Part shown: piece after piece, positions 15,747-23,589 of the stretch
Layout: each line of letters starts with the position of its first letter
Numbering within the stretch: the stretch's first letter is position 1
Made by a program: the position numbers and the translations under genes
Assembly: GCF_042660085.1 (NCBI RefSeq)
Contig: NZ_JBHSTI010000051.1
Span: 3,089-35,088 of the forward strand
Length of the DNA: 32,000 bases
Source: Longivirga aurantiaca
GTDB taxonomy: Bacteria; Actinomycetota; Actinomycetes; S36-B12; CAIYMF01
Reading direction: 5' to 3'
Notes under the pieces: generated by a model
The model's input: only the letters and a program-made list of their open reading frames with translations
Databases searched by the model: none
Told to the model about the DNA's origin: nothing

Positions 15747-16469
15747 TCACTGCTCCCAGGGCGTCGGGCTGTCGCCCGCGGTCTGCGGGGCCGGGGCCGG
15801 GCGCAGGTCGGGGCGGTTGAGGTGGGCGACGCAGAGGTCGTCCTTGATGAAGATGTCGAGGCGGCGCACGGTGACGCCCGACCCGAGCTCGTCGAAGAAG
15901 CCGTGCAGCATCTCGTGGTGCAGGCGGCAGATGGCGCGGTCCTGGCGGGCGAGGTCGGCGAAGGGGCAGGTCGAGAGGTAGAGGCGGTCGCCGAGCGGAT
16001 CGGTCGTGGTCTCGAAGCCGAGCACCTCGAGGCCGTCGACGGCCATCTCGATGCTGGCCTCGGGGGTGATCGCCTCGGCGCCCGGCGCGACCTTCTCGCG
16101 CTGCGCCTTGGCCAGCCGGTGGCCGGCGGCCTCCCCCGGGGAGTGCGCGGTGTCGCCGGCGGCGGCCGCGAGCTCGGCGGCCAGCGCGCGGTAGGGGTCG
16201 GCCGGCTCGGCCGCCTCGGTGGCGCGATAGAGCAGCTTGGGCCGGCCGGGCCGGGTGCGGTTCTCCGGCACGACCTCGACCCGGCCCATCTCGACCAGCA
16301 GCGCAAGGTGCGAGCGGACGGTATTGGCGTGCTGCCCGGTGCCGGCGGTGATCTCGGCGACCGTCAGCGCCTGGCCCTTCTGGGCGAGCAGGTCCAGCAC
16401 CCGGCGGCCGGTGGCCTCGGTCTCCCCCGCGCTCGGCTCGGGCCTCGCGAACCGGTCCTGCAGCGACAC
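15747..16469 (-). CDS. wHTH (ArsR/COG2345-like) transcriptional regulator with a C-terminal three-cysteine domain; ArnR/SufR-like candidate redox/NO sensor
   Basis: GTG start preceded by GAGGAGGGG. The N-terminal wHTH is RRVLDLLAQKGQALTVAEITAGTGQHANTVRSHLALLVEMGRV...GRPKLLYR. The C-terminal Cys residues are at 168, 181 and 213 (STCPF-x10-CRLHH-x28-LCVAH). Its stop lies 1 nt before the narG start. Confidence 0.75.
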   Translation of the reverse strand: MSLQDRFARPEPSAGETEATGRRVLDLLAQKGQALTVAEITAGTGQHANTVRSHLALLVEMGRVEVVPENRTRPGRPKLLYRATEAAEPADPYRALAAELAAAAGDTAHSPGEAAGHRLAKAQREKVAPGAEAITPEASIEMAVDGLEVLGFETTTDPLGDRLYLSTCPFADLARQDRAICRLHHEMLHGFFDELGSGVTVRRLDIFIKDDLCVAHLNRPDLRPAPAPQTAGDSPTPWEQ

Positions 16470-16665
16470 GACCCCTCCTCAAGAGGTTTTTTCCACCACG
16501 TCGTGATTTATCCCTGAGCCCGACCGTACGCCGTCCACTGACCTGGGCCAACAGGCACAGCATGTGGGCCATATCACTAGTAAAAAACAATTCTGAGGGT
16601 GGACATCCCGCCGGGTCCGAGGTCTAGCGTGACTCGTGATTGGTAAATAACACTTCGGAGGGGAC
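16470..16665. promoter_or_regulatory. Divergent control region between the regulator-narGHJI operon and narK
   Basis: 196 bp, visibly AT-enriched compared with its flanks. Contains TCGTGATT twice (16501-16508, 16634-16641), a CRP/FNR-like TGTGG-N6-TCACT (16563-16578) and an A-run ACTAGTAAAAAACAATT. Confidence 0.6.
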
Positions 16666-18060
16666 ATGAGCATCACCGCGGCGGAGAGCTCGCCCGAGGT
16701 CCGTCAGCCGAGCGGCACGGCGATCAGCGAGGACGTGTCCCCGGGGCGCTACCGGGTCCTGACCACCTCGACCCTCGCCTTCACGCTGATGTTCGCGGTG
16801 TGGCTGCAGTTCGGGATCCTCGGCCTGTCGATCCAGAAGGAGTTCGGCCTCTCCGACACCGCCTTCTACTGGCTCACGGCGCTGCCGGTGCTCAACGGCG
16901 CGATCTGGCGGCTGTGGACCGGGATCCTGGCCGACCGCTGGGGCGGGCGCATCGTGATGACCGGCCTGCTCCTCGCCGCCGCCGTACCCACCTTCCTGCT
17001 CTCGGGCGTCCAGAGCGCACCGATGCTGTTCGTGCTCGCGTTCCTGATCGGCTTCGCCGGCAACTCGTTCAGCTCGGGCATCGCCTGGAACAGCGCGTGG
17101 TTCCCGCGCAGCCAGCAGGGCTTCGCCCTCGGGGTCTTCGGCGCCGGCAACGTCGGGGCCTCGGTCACCAAGCTCATCGGCCCGGCGATCATCGCCGGCA
17201 CGGCCGGCTCGCTCTACCTCGGCGGTCGCGTCGAGGGCGGGTGGCGGCTCATCCCGGTGATCTACGCCGTCGCCCTCGTGATCATGGCCGCAGTGCTGTG
17301 GTTCGTGGCTCCGAGGCCGGACCACCGGCCCGGGGCGACCACCCCGATGCGCGAGCACCTGCAGCCGCTCAAGCGGATCCGGGTGTGGCGCTTCAGCCTC
17401 TACTACGTCGCTGTGTTCGGCGCGTACGTCGCGTTGTCGTCCGCCCTGCCGAAGTACTACGAGACCAACTACGGCGTGCCGCTGTGGCAGGCGGGGCTGC
17501 TCACCGCGCTGTTCATCTTCCCGGCGTCGCTGCTCCGGCCCGTGGGCGGCTGGCTCTCCGACAAGGTCGGCGCGCGCCGGATCATGTACTGGACGTTCGG
17601 CCTGATGCTGGTCTCGACAGGCGTCCTGATGATGCCGAGCGGCTACATCACCGTCGAGGTCTCGACGAGCGTGTCGCCCGACGGTACGGCCGAGATCCTC
17701 CCGTGGAGCCTCGGAATCGTGCCCTTCACCGCGTTCGTCGTGCTGCTCGGCTGCTCGATGGGCATCGGGAAGGCCGCCGTCTACAAGCACATCCCGGAGT
17801 ACTTCCCGCACGAGGTCGGCTCGGTCGGCGGCGTGGTCGGGATGCTCGGCGCCCTCGGCGGCTTCGTCCTGCTCCCGATGTTCGGGTACGCCGTGCAGAT
17901 CACGGGCCTTCCGACCGCGCTCTTCGGCGTGCTCTTCCTGCTGACGCTCGCCTGCGCCGTGTGGATGCACCTCACGGTCGTCCAGATGCTCCACGACAGC
18001 TCGCCCGAGCTGTCCGACCAGTTCGAGACCCCGGTGCAGATGCCGGAGTACACCCCGTGA
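16666..18060 (+). CDS. narK: NarK/NasA-family MFS nitrate/nitrite transporter (copy 1)
   Basis: 464 aa with 12 TM-like helices. GILADRWGGRIVM and GVFGAGNVGASV match nitrate-signature-type motifs. ATG preceded by GGAGGGG. Confidence 0.9.
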   Translation: MSITAAESSPEVRQPSGTAISEDVSPGRYRVLTTSTLAFTLMFAVWLQFGILGLSIQKEFGLSDTAFYWLTALPVLNGAIWRLWTGILADRWGGRIVMTGLLLAAAVPTFLLSGVQSAPMLFVLAFLIGFAGNSFSSGIAWNSAWFPRSQQGFALGVFGAGNVGASVTKLIGPAIIAGTAGSLYLGGRVEGGWRLIPVIYAVALVIMAAVLWFVAPRPDHRPGATTPMREHLQPLKRIRVWRFSLYYVAVFGAYVALSSALPKYYETNYGVPLWQAGLLTALFIFPASLLRPVGGWLSDKVGARRIMYWTFGLMLVSTGVLMMPSGYITVEVSTSVSPDGTAEILPWSLGIVPFTAFVVLLGCSMGIGKAAVYKHIPEYFPHEVGSVGGVVGMLGALGGFVLLPMFGYAVQITGLPTALFGVLFLLTLACAVWMHLTVVQMLHDSSPELSDQFETPVQMPEYTP

Positions 18061-18088
18061 CCCGGCCCATCTCCCTGAGGAGCACGAC

Positions 18089-19498
18089 ATGAGCAGCGCG
18101 ACCGACGAACGCCGCACCGGCGGCGAGTGGCTGGCGGACTGGGACCCGGAGGACGCCCAGCACTGGGACAAGGCCCTGGCGTGGCGGACCCTCTCGATCA
18201 CGACGGTCGGGCTCATGCTCGCCTTCTGCACCTGGTTCCTCGCGAGCGCGCTGGCGCCGGTGCTCGGCAACCTCGGCTTCACGATCACCAAGGACCAGCT
18301 CTACTGGCTCACCGCCATGCCGGGTCTCGCCGGCGGCACGCTGCGCCTCATCTGGATGTGGCTGCCGCCGATCATGGGCACGCGCAAGCTCGTGTCGCTC
18401 ACCACGCTCCTGCTCGTGATCCCGCTCATCGGCTGGGCCGTCGCCGTGCAGAACCCCAGCACGAGCTACAGCACGTTCATGATCCTGGCGTTCCTGTCCG
18501 GCATCGGCGGCGGCGCGTTCTCCGGCTTCATGCCGAGCACGTCGTACTTCTTCCCGCGGCGGCTGCAGGGCACGGCGCTCGGGCTCCAGGCGGGGCTCGG
18601 CAACTTCGGCGTCTCGGTCGTGCAGTTCGTGACGCCGTGGATCGTCGGCTTCAGCCTGCTCGGAGTGCTCGGTGCCGCGCAGACGTTCCACAACCCGGCG
18701 ACCAACGTCAACAAGGACGTCTGGTACCAGAACGCGGCGTACATCTACGTGCCGTTCGTCGTGATCGTCGCGATCCTCGCCTGGACGATGCTCAAGAGCG
18801 TGCCGGTGCGCGCCAACTTCCGCCAGCAGCTGGACATCTTCAAGAACGTCGACACCTGGTGGATGACCGCCCTCTACGTGATGACGTTCGGCACCTTCGC
18901 CGGCCTCTCGGCGCAGTTCGGCCTGCTCATCAAGAACCTGTACGGCGCAGGCAATCCCGACATCGTCGCGACCGCGGCCGACGGCTCGACCACGGTGCTG
19001 GTCGCCGGGTACGCCGTACCTCTCGCCCTGACGTATGCGTTCATCGGCCCCCTCGTCGGTGCCGGTGCCCGCGTGCTGTTCAGCCCGCTCACCGACCGGT
19101 GGGGCGGCGCGCGCTGGACGCTCGTCTCGGGCATCGGCATCGCGGCCTCGATCGTCTACACGATGCAGTATGTGCAGCCCGATGTGGCTGCGGGTGCTGA
19201 GGCGTTGACGGCCCAGTTCCACAGCTTCCTGTTCGGCTTCATCGCGATCTTCTTCTTCACGGGAATCGGCAACGCCTCGACGTTCAAGCAGATGCCGATG
19301 ATCTTCGAACGCCGTCAGGCTGGAGGCGTCATCGGATGGACATCGGCCATCGCGGCATACGGGCCCTTCCTGTTCGGTGTGGGCCTCGCGACGCTGTCGG
19401 TGTCGGGCTTCCTCACCGTGCTGCTCGTCTTCGTCCTCGCCTGCGTCGCGCTGACGTGGGTGCGTTACGCGCGCCCCGGCGCGCCGAAGCCCTCCTGA
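18089..19498 (+). CDS. narK: NarK-family MFS nitrate/nitrite transporter (copy 2)
   Basis: 469 aa. WDPEDAQHWDK...WRTLSITT is a typical NarK2-type N-terminus, and GLQAGLGNFGVSVVQ is a nitrate-signature motif. It starts 28 nt after copy 1 and has its own GAGGAG. Confidence 0.9.
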   Translation: MSSATDERRTGGEWLADWDPEDAQHWDKALAWRTLSITTVGLMLAFCTWFLASALAPVLGNLGFTITKDQLYWLTAMPGLAGGTLRLIWMWLPPIMGTRKLVSLTTLLLVIPLIGWAVAVQNPSTSYSTFMILAFLSGIGGGAFSGFMPSTSYFFPRRLQGTALGLQAGLGNFGVSVVQFVTPWIVGFSLLGVLGAAQTFHNPATNVNKDVWYQNAAYIYVPFVVIVAILAWTMLKSVPVRANFRQQLDIFKNVDTWWMTALYVMTFGTFAGLSAQFGLLIKNLYGAGNPDIVATAADGSTTVLVAGYAVPLALTYAFIGPLVGAGARVLFSPLTDRWGGARWTLVSGIGIAASIVYTMQYVQPDVAAGAEALTAQFHSFLFGFIAIFFFTGIGNASTFKQMPMIFERRQAGGVIGWTSAIAAYGPFLFGVGLATLSVSGFLTVLLVFVLACVALTWVRYARPGAPKPS

Positions 19499-19500
19499 CC

Positions 19501-19545
19501 GGGTGGGGGGAGCGGCAACCCCCTCACGGACCGCTCCCCCCACCC
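19501..19545 (+). terminator. Perfect 15-bp-stem hairpin between narK2 and the DUF2249/moeA genes (terminator or attenuator)
   Basis: GGGTGGGGGGAGCGG (19501-19515) pairs with CCGCTCCCCCCACCC (19531-19545) around a 15-nt loop. It starts 3 nt after the narK2 stop. Confidence 0.6.
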
Positions 19546-19592
19546 TTCGATCCCGACGACCCACGTGAGACCCCGACGACCGGAGGATGACG

Positions 19593-19907
19593 ATGACCGA
19601 GGACCTGCCCGATCCGACGACCTCGCCGACGGCCTCGAGCGGCTGCGGCTGCGGCACCTGCGGGTGCGGCGCGGCGAGCGAAGCGCCTGTGCTCGACGTG
19701 CGGACGATCCCGCGCGAGGTGCGGCATGCGGCAGTGATCGGTGCCGTCGGAGCCGTCCCCGTCGACGGCTCGATCGTCCTGCTGGCTCCGCACGACCCGC
19801 TGCCGTTGCTGCGCGAGCTCGACACCCTCTGGCCTGGGGTGCTGACGGTCGCATACGACGAGTCCGGACCGGAGACATGGGCGGTCCGCCTGCTTCGGAC
19901 ACGCTGA
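19593..19907 (+). CDS. DUF2249-like small protein with an N-terminal four-cysteine motif (paralog 2)
   Basis: The N-terminus is SGCGCGTCGCG. The core VLDVRTIPREVRHAAV...LLAPHDPLPL...YDESGPETWAVRLLR fits the DUF2249 pattern. GGAGG lies 6 nt upstream of the ATG at 19593. An alternative ATG is at 19587. Confidence 0.75.
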   Translation: MTEDLPDPTTSPTASSGCGCGTCGCGAASEAPVLDVRTIPREVRHAAVIGAVGAVPVDGSIVLLAPHDPLPLLRELDTLWPGVLTVAYDESGPETWAVRLLRTR

Positions 19908-19914
19908 CACGACG

Positions 19915-21096
19915 ATGACCACCCTCGACACCCGTTCGACGACCCTCGTAGGTGCGGACTGGGCATCGGCGCGCACGGTCGCCCACGGCTGCCTTCCGCC
20001 CTTGGCCGCCGAGCACGTCTCGGTCGGACACGCCCACCGGCGCGTGCTCGCCTCGGATCTCGTCGCTGCGACGGCGCTTCCGGCGTTCACGTCATCCGCC
20101 ATGGACGGCTGGGCGGTGAGCGGTCCAGGTCCGTGGACGGTGACCGGAACCCTCCTCGCTGGAGGTTCCGCAGGGCCGCTGGCACCGGGAGAGGCGGTGG
20201 TGATCGCCACGGGCGCCCAGGCCCCGGGAGGTGCCACCGCAGTGCTGAGGTCCGAGGACGGCGTGGTGGTCGACGGCCGGCTCGAGGGACACGTGCGCGA
20301 CGGCGACCACCTTCGGCTGGCCGGTGAGGAGGCTCATCGGGGCGAGCTGATGGCACCCGCCGGCGTCGTCCTCACCGCCGGTCATCTCGGGCTCGCAGCG
20401 GCTGCCGGCTACGACGTGGTCCCGGTGGTACGCCGGCCGACGGTGGCCGTGCTGGTGCTCGGCGACGAGCTGCTCGACCACGGGGTGTCTGCGCGCGGCC
20501 GCGTGCGCGACTCTCTCGGGCCGCAGCTGCCGGCCTGGCTCGACCTGCTCGGCTGTTCCATACGGTCGGTGGCGCGCGTGCCGGATTCGCTGGCCGCCCT
20601 CGTCGAGGCGCTGATCTCGGTGGGCGACGTCGACCTGGTGGTGACCACCGGCGGCACCGCCGCCGGCCCGGTCGACCTCCTGCACCGGGCGATCGAGGCC
20701 CTTGCCGGGAGGCTGGTGGTCGACTCCGTCGCGGTGCGGCCGGGTCACCCCATGCTGCTCGCACGCCTCGCGCACCGCGTCGCGCTGCTCGGCCTCCCGG
20801 GCAACCCGCAGGCAGCGGTCGCCGCGCTGCTGACGCTCGGCGCGCCCCTCGTCGACGCGCTGCTCGGCCGCCCGCTCGCGGTGCTCGACCAGGTCCGGTC
20901 ACGTGAGGCGCTGGCTGCGCCCGGCCGGGCGACGCGGCTCGTGCTCGCGCGGCGTGGCGATGCCGGCGCGATCGCCGTCGCGCACCAGGGGTCGGCCATG
21001 CTCCGCGGCCTCGCGGAGGCGGACGGCTACCTGGTCGTCCCAACCGGTGGGTGTGCTGCCGACGACAGGCTTGCCTGGCTGCCCCTCCCACGATGA
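19915..21096 (+). CDS. moeA: Molybdopterin molybdotransferase
   Basis: 393 aa. Shows TSSAMDGWAV, the MoCF_biosynth block VLVLGDEL...VVTTGGTAAGPVD and LGLPGNPQAAVAAL. It starts 7 nt after the DUF2249 stop. Confidence 0.9.
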   Translation: MTTLDTRSTTLVGADWASARTVAHGCLPPLAAEHVSVGHAHRRVLASDLVAATALPAFTSSAMDGWAVSGPGPWTVTGTLLAGGSAGPLAPGEAVVIATGAQAPGGATAVLRSEDGVVVDGRLEGHVRDGDHLRLAGEEAHRGELMAPAGVVLTAGHLGLAAAAGYDVVPVVRRPTVAVLVLGDELLDHGVSARGRVRDSLGPQLPAWLDLLGCSIRSVARVPDSLAALVEALISVGDVDLVVTTGGTAAGPVDLLHRAIEALAGRLVVDSVAVRPGHPMLLARLAHRVALLGLPGNPQAAVAALLTLGAPLVDALLGRPLAVLDQVRSREALAAPGRATRLVLARRGDAGAIAVAHQGSAMLRGLAEADGYLVVPTGGCAADDRLAWLPLPR

Positions 21097-21144
21097 GGCC
21101 CGGATCGGGCGCACGGTGGAGGGGCGTGCCGGATACTCCGCAGG

Positions 21145-23523
21145 GTGCTGAGGTTCCGCGACTGCGCCGTCGATGTCGCCGGCCGCGTGCTGCTGCGCGG
21201 CGGCGTGCCTCAGCACCTCGAGCCCCAGGCCTTCGACGTCCTCGCACTGCTCGTCGATCAGCGACACCGGGTTGTGCCCAAGGAGGAGATCCTCGACGCC
21301 GTGTGGGGCGGGCGCTTCATCAGCGACTCCGCGCTCTCCACGCGCATCAAGGAGATCCGGCGGGCGACGGGGGACGACGGCGACGCGCAGGCGGTGGTCA
21401 GGACCGTGCGCGGCCGCGGCTACCAGTTCGTCGCCGAGGTCGGCTCGCGCGTCGCTTCCCCGGCCGCGCCGACGCTGGTCGGTCGCGACCGGGACGTCGA
21501 GGAGCTCCTCGATCGCCTGGCGCCTGGCTCGCTCGTGACCCTGGTCGGCACCGGCGGGGTGGGCAAGTCCACCCTGGCGCGCGAGGTGGTTCGCCGTGCG
21601 GCCGAGCGGCGGGGCGTTGCGTGGTACATCGTCGATCTGACGGTGCTCGACGATTCAGCTCAACTGCTCCCGGCCGTCGCCCGAGGCGCCGGTCTCGTCG
21701 ACGACGGACCAGACCTGCTCGCCAAGACCCTCGCCGGTCGCGACGTGATCGTGCTGCTCGACGACGCTGATCTGCTCGTGGCCGATGTGGCCGCGCTGTG
21801 CGATGCCGTGGCGGCTGCGGCCGGCGTGGCCACGATCGTGGTCACCTGCCGCGAGCGTCTCGGCGTCCGCGCCGAGCGGATCTGGCCCGTGCTGCCGTTG
21901 TCGCCCGACGCCGCTCGAGCACTTCTCGTCGCCCGTGCGCGGGACGCCGCTCCTCTGGCGATGCTCGACGAGCTGCCGGACAGCACCCTCGACGCTCTCG
22001 CCGACTCGGTCGATCGCCTCCCGCTGGCGCTCGAGATGCTCGCGTCGATGAGCGCCCTCCTCGACGTGCCCGAGCTGCAGGTGGTGGTCGCTTCGAGTGC
22101 TTCCGCCGTGACCACGGGGCGGCGGGATGCGCCCGAGCGCCACCGCTCGCTGGCCCGACTCGTCGAGGGGTCGCTCGACCGGCTCGCCTCCCGCGACGCC
22201 GACGCGCTCGTGACGTTGTCGGCGTTCGCGGGCGCGTTCGCCACGTCCGATGCGGTGCGGCTGCTCGCGACGGACGACGCCCTCGAGGTGCTCCGATCTC
22301 TGGCCGACCGATCGCTTCTCTCGCCGGTGGAGGGTCGAGGAGGCCGGCGCTATCAGGTGCTGCGCACGGTGCGACGCGCCGTCGACGGGCGGACCTCGAG
22401 CGCCAGGCGCGCGGCTGCCGCAGGGCGGCACGCCGTGCTGGTCACGACGCTGCTGGAGGCCGCCGACGCAGACCTCCGTTGCGAACGCGAGGCCCAGGGG
22501 GCAGTCGTCTTCGACCGGCTGGCGGACGAGGCGCGCGCCGCGCACACCTGGGCCCGCGACGTCGACGTCGACCTCGCGGTCCGGCTTACCGCGGCCCTCC
22601 ACCTGTATGCCTACTCGCGCATGTGGGCTGAGCCGTCGACGTGGGCGGACGCACTCGAGCACCGCACCGACCATCCGGCAGTCGTCGTCGCGCTTGCGAG
22701 CCAGGCCGCTCAGGAGAGCCGACTGGCAGAGGCGCGCACCCGCGCGCTCGACGCGCTGGAACGCGGCGACGAGCGGGTGCGGGCGGCGGCCCTCGAGGTG
22801 CTGTCGGACGTCGGCATCTATGAGCACCGGCTCGACGAGGCGGCCACCTGGGCGAGTCGGCTGGTCGAGTCGGCCGCGGCGTCGGGAGCGGTGCGCGATC
22901 GCGCGATCGGCCTTTCCAACCGTGCCCTCGCGGCGACGTACGCGGGGGACGCCGCAGGCGCCGCTGCCGCCACTGCCGCGATCCTCGAGACCCCGGAGGA
23001 CGGCATGGCACCGACCGAGCGGGCCTGGCTCGCCTTCGCGCGTGGAGACGCGTATGCCGCGCTCGGCGGCGGGGATGCGATCCCCTGCTATGGCTCGGCC
23101 ATCGCGATCTCGGACAGCGTCGGGAGCACCTTCGTCGGCGGGGTGTCCCGCTGCTCCCTCGCGGCAGCGGTGGCCGAGACCGATGGTCCGATGGTGGCTG
23201 CGGCGTACTTCCGCGACGTGCTCGACACATACCGGGAACGCGGCAACATCACCCACCTGACGACGGCCCTCCGGCTCGTCGTGCCCGTCCTCGCCGGCAT
23301 CGGGGCGGACGAGACGACGTGCTGCGTCGCGGGCTGGACGCTGGGACCATCTGCGCGTCCGGGGCTCGCCGGCGACATCGCGCGGACCCGCGCGACCCTC
23401 GACGTGGTGCGCGGACGGCAGCCGGAGCCCGACGTCGAGCGGTGGACGACCCGAGGCTCGACGCTGACCGCCGGCGAGGTGGCTCACGCGGCGTCGGTCG
23501 CGCTCGCGGCCGCCGCAAGCTGA
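21145..23523 (+). CDS. STAND-type regulator: OmpR/PhoB-type wHTH + P-loop NB-ARC-like NTPase + C-terminal helical (TPR-like) repeats
   Basis: GTG start. The N-terminal trans_reg_C-like region is LEPQAFDVLALLV...VVPKEEILDAVWG...STRIKEIRRA...VRTVRGRGYQF. Walker A is LVGTGGVGKSTLA and Walker B is VIVLLDDAD. An NB-ARC-like LPLALEML motif is present. The Ala/Leu-rich helical C-terminal half is ~450 aa. Confidence 0.8.
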   Translation: MLRFRDCAVDVAGRVLLRGGVPQHLEPQAFDVLALLVDQRHRVVPKEEILDAVWGGRFISDSALSTRIKEIRRATGDDGDAQAVVRTVRGRGYQFVAEVGSRVASPAAPTLVGRDRDVEELLDRLAPGSLVTLVGTGGVGKSTLAREVVRRAAERRGVAWYIVDLTVLDDSAQLLPAVARGAGLVDDGPDLLAKTLAGRDVIVLLDDADLLVADVAALCDAVAAAAGVATIVVTCRERLGVRAERIWPVLPLSPDAARALLVARARDAAPLAMLDELPDSTLDALADSVDRLPLALEMLASMSALLDVPELQVVVASSASAVTTGRRDAPERHRSLARLVEGSLDRLASRDADALVTLSAFAGAFATSDAVRLLATDDALEVLRSLADRSLLSPVEGRGGRRYQVLRTVRRAVDGRTSSARRAAAAGRHAVLVTTLLEAADADLRCEREAQGAVVFDRLADEARAAHTWARDVDVDLAVRLTAALHLYAYSRMWAEPSTWADALEHRTDHPAVVVALASQAAQESRLAEARTRALDALERGDERVRAAALEVLSDVGIYEHRLDEAATWASRLVESAAASGAVRDRAIGLSNRALAATYAGDAAGAAAATAAILETPEDGMAPTERAWLAFARGDAYAALGGGDAIPCYGSAIAISDSVGSTFVGGVSRCSLAAAVAETDGPMVAAAYFRDVLDTYRERGNITHLTTALRLVVPVLAGIGADETTCCVAGWTLGPSARPGLAGDIARTRATLDVVRGRQPEPDVERWTTRGSTLTAGEVAHAASVALAAAAS

Positions 23524-23589
23524 CGTGTCCCCACCTGATCCCCACGCAGCCCTCAAGCGGCGCGGCGGTGCGCGCTGTTGCCTGGGGGC

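Noticed and set aside
12044-15820. 1258-aa plus-strand ORF antisense to narG, and a 944-aa minus-strand alternative frame at 12708-15542
   Set aside because: narG is unambiguous in its own frame, with the FS0 motif and conserved blocks over its full length. The antisense and off-frame ORFs are low-complexity GC artefacts.
15746-16306. Upstream 187-codon extension of the narG ORF (track ORF 12050-16306)
   Set aside because: The extension is Arg/Pro-rich and overlaps the wHTH regulator gene out of frame. The conserved NarG N-terminus begins at the GTG at 15745.
16624-19966. 555-aa and 664-aa minus-strand ORFs antisense to narK and narK2
   Set aside because: They are highly charged, low-complexity translations opposite two clear 12-TM MFS genes. 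These are GC artefacts.
21145-23523. Interpreting the STAND NTPase as an antiphage Avs-type defence gene
   Set aside because: Its N-terminal module is an OmpR-type DNA-binding domain, not a nuclease, protease, TIR or other effector. No neighbouring defence or mobile-element genes are present. A transcription-factor role is more parsimonious.
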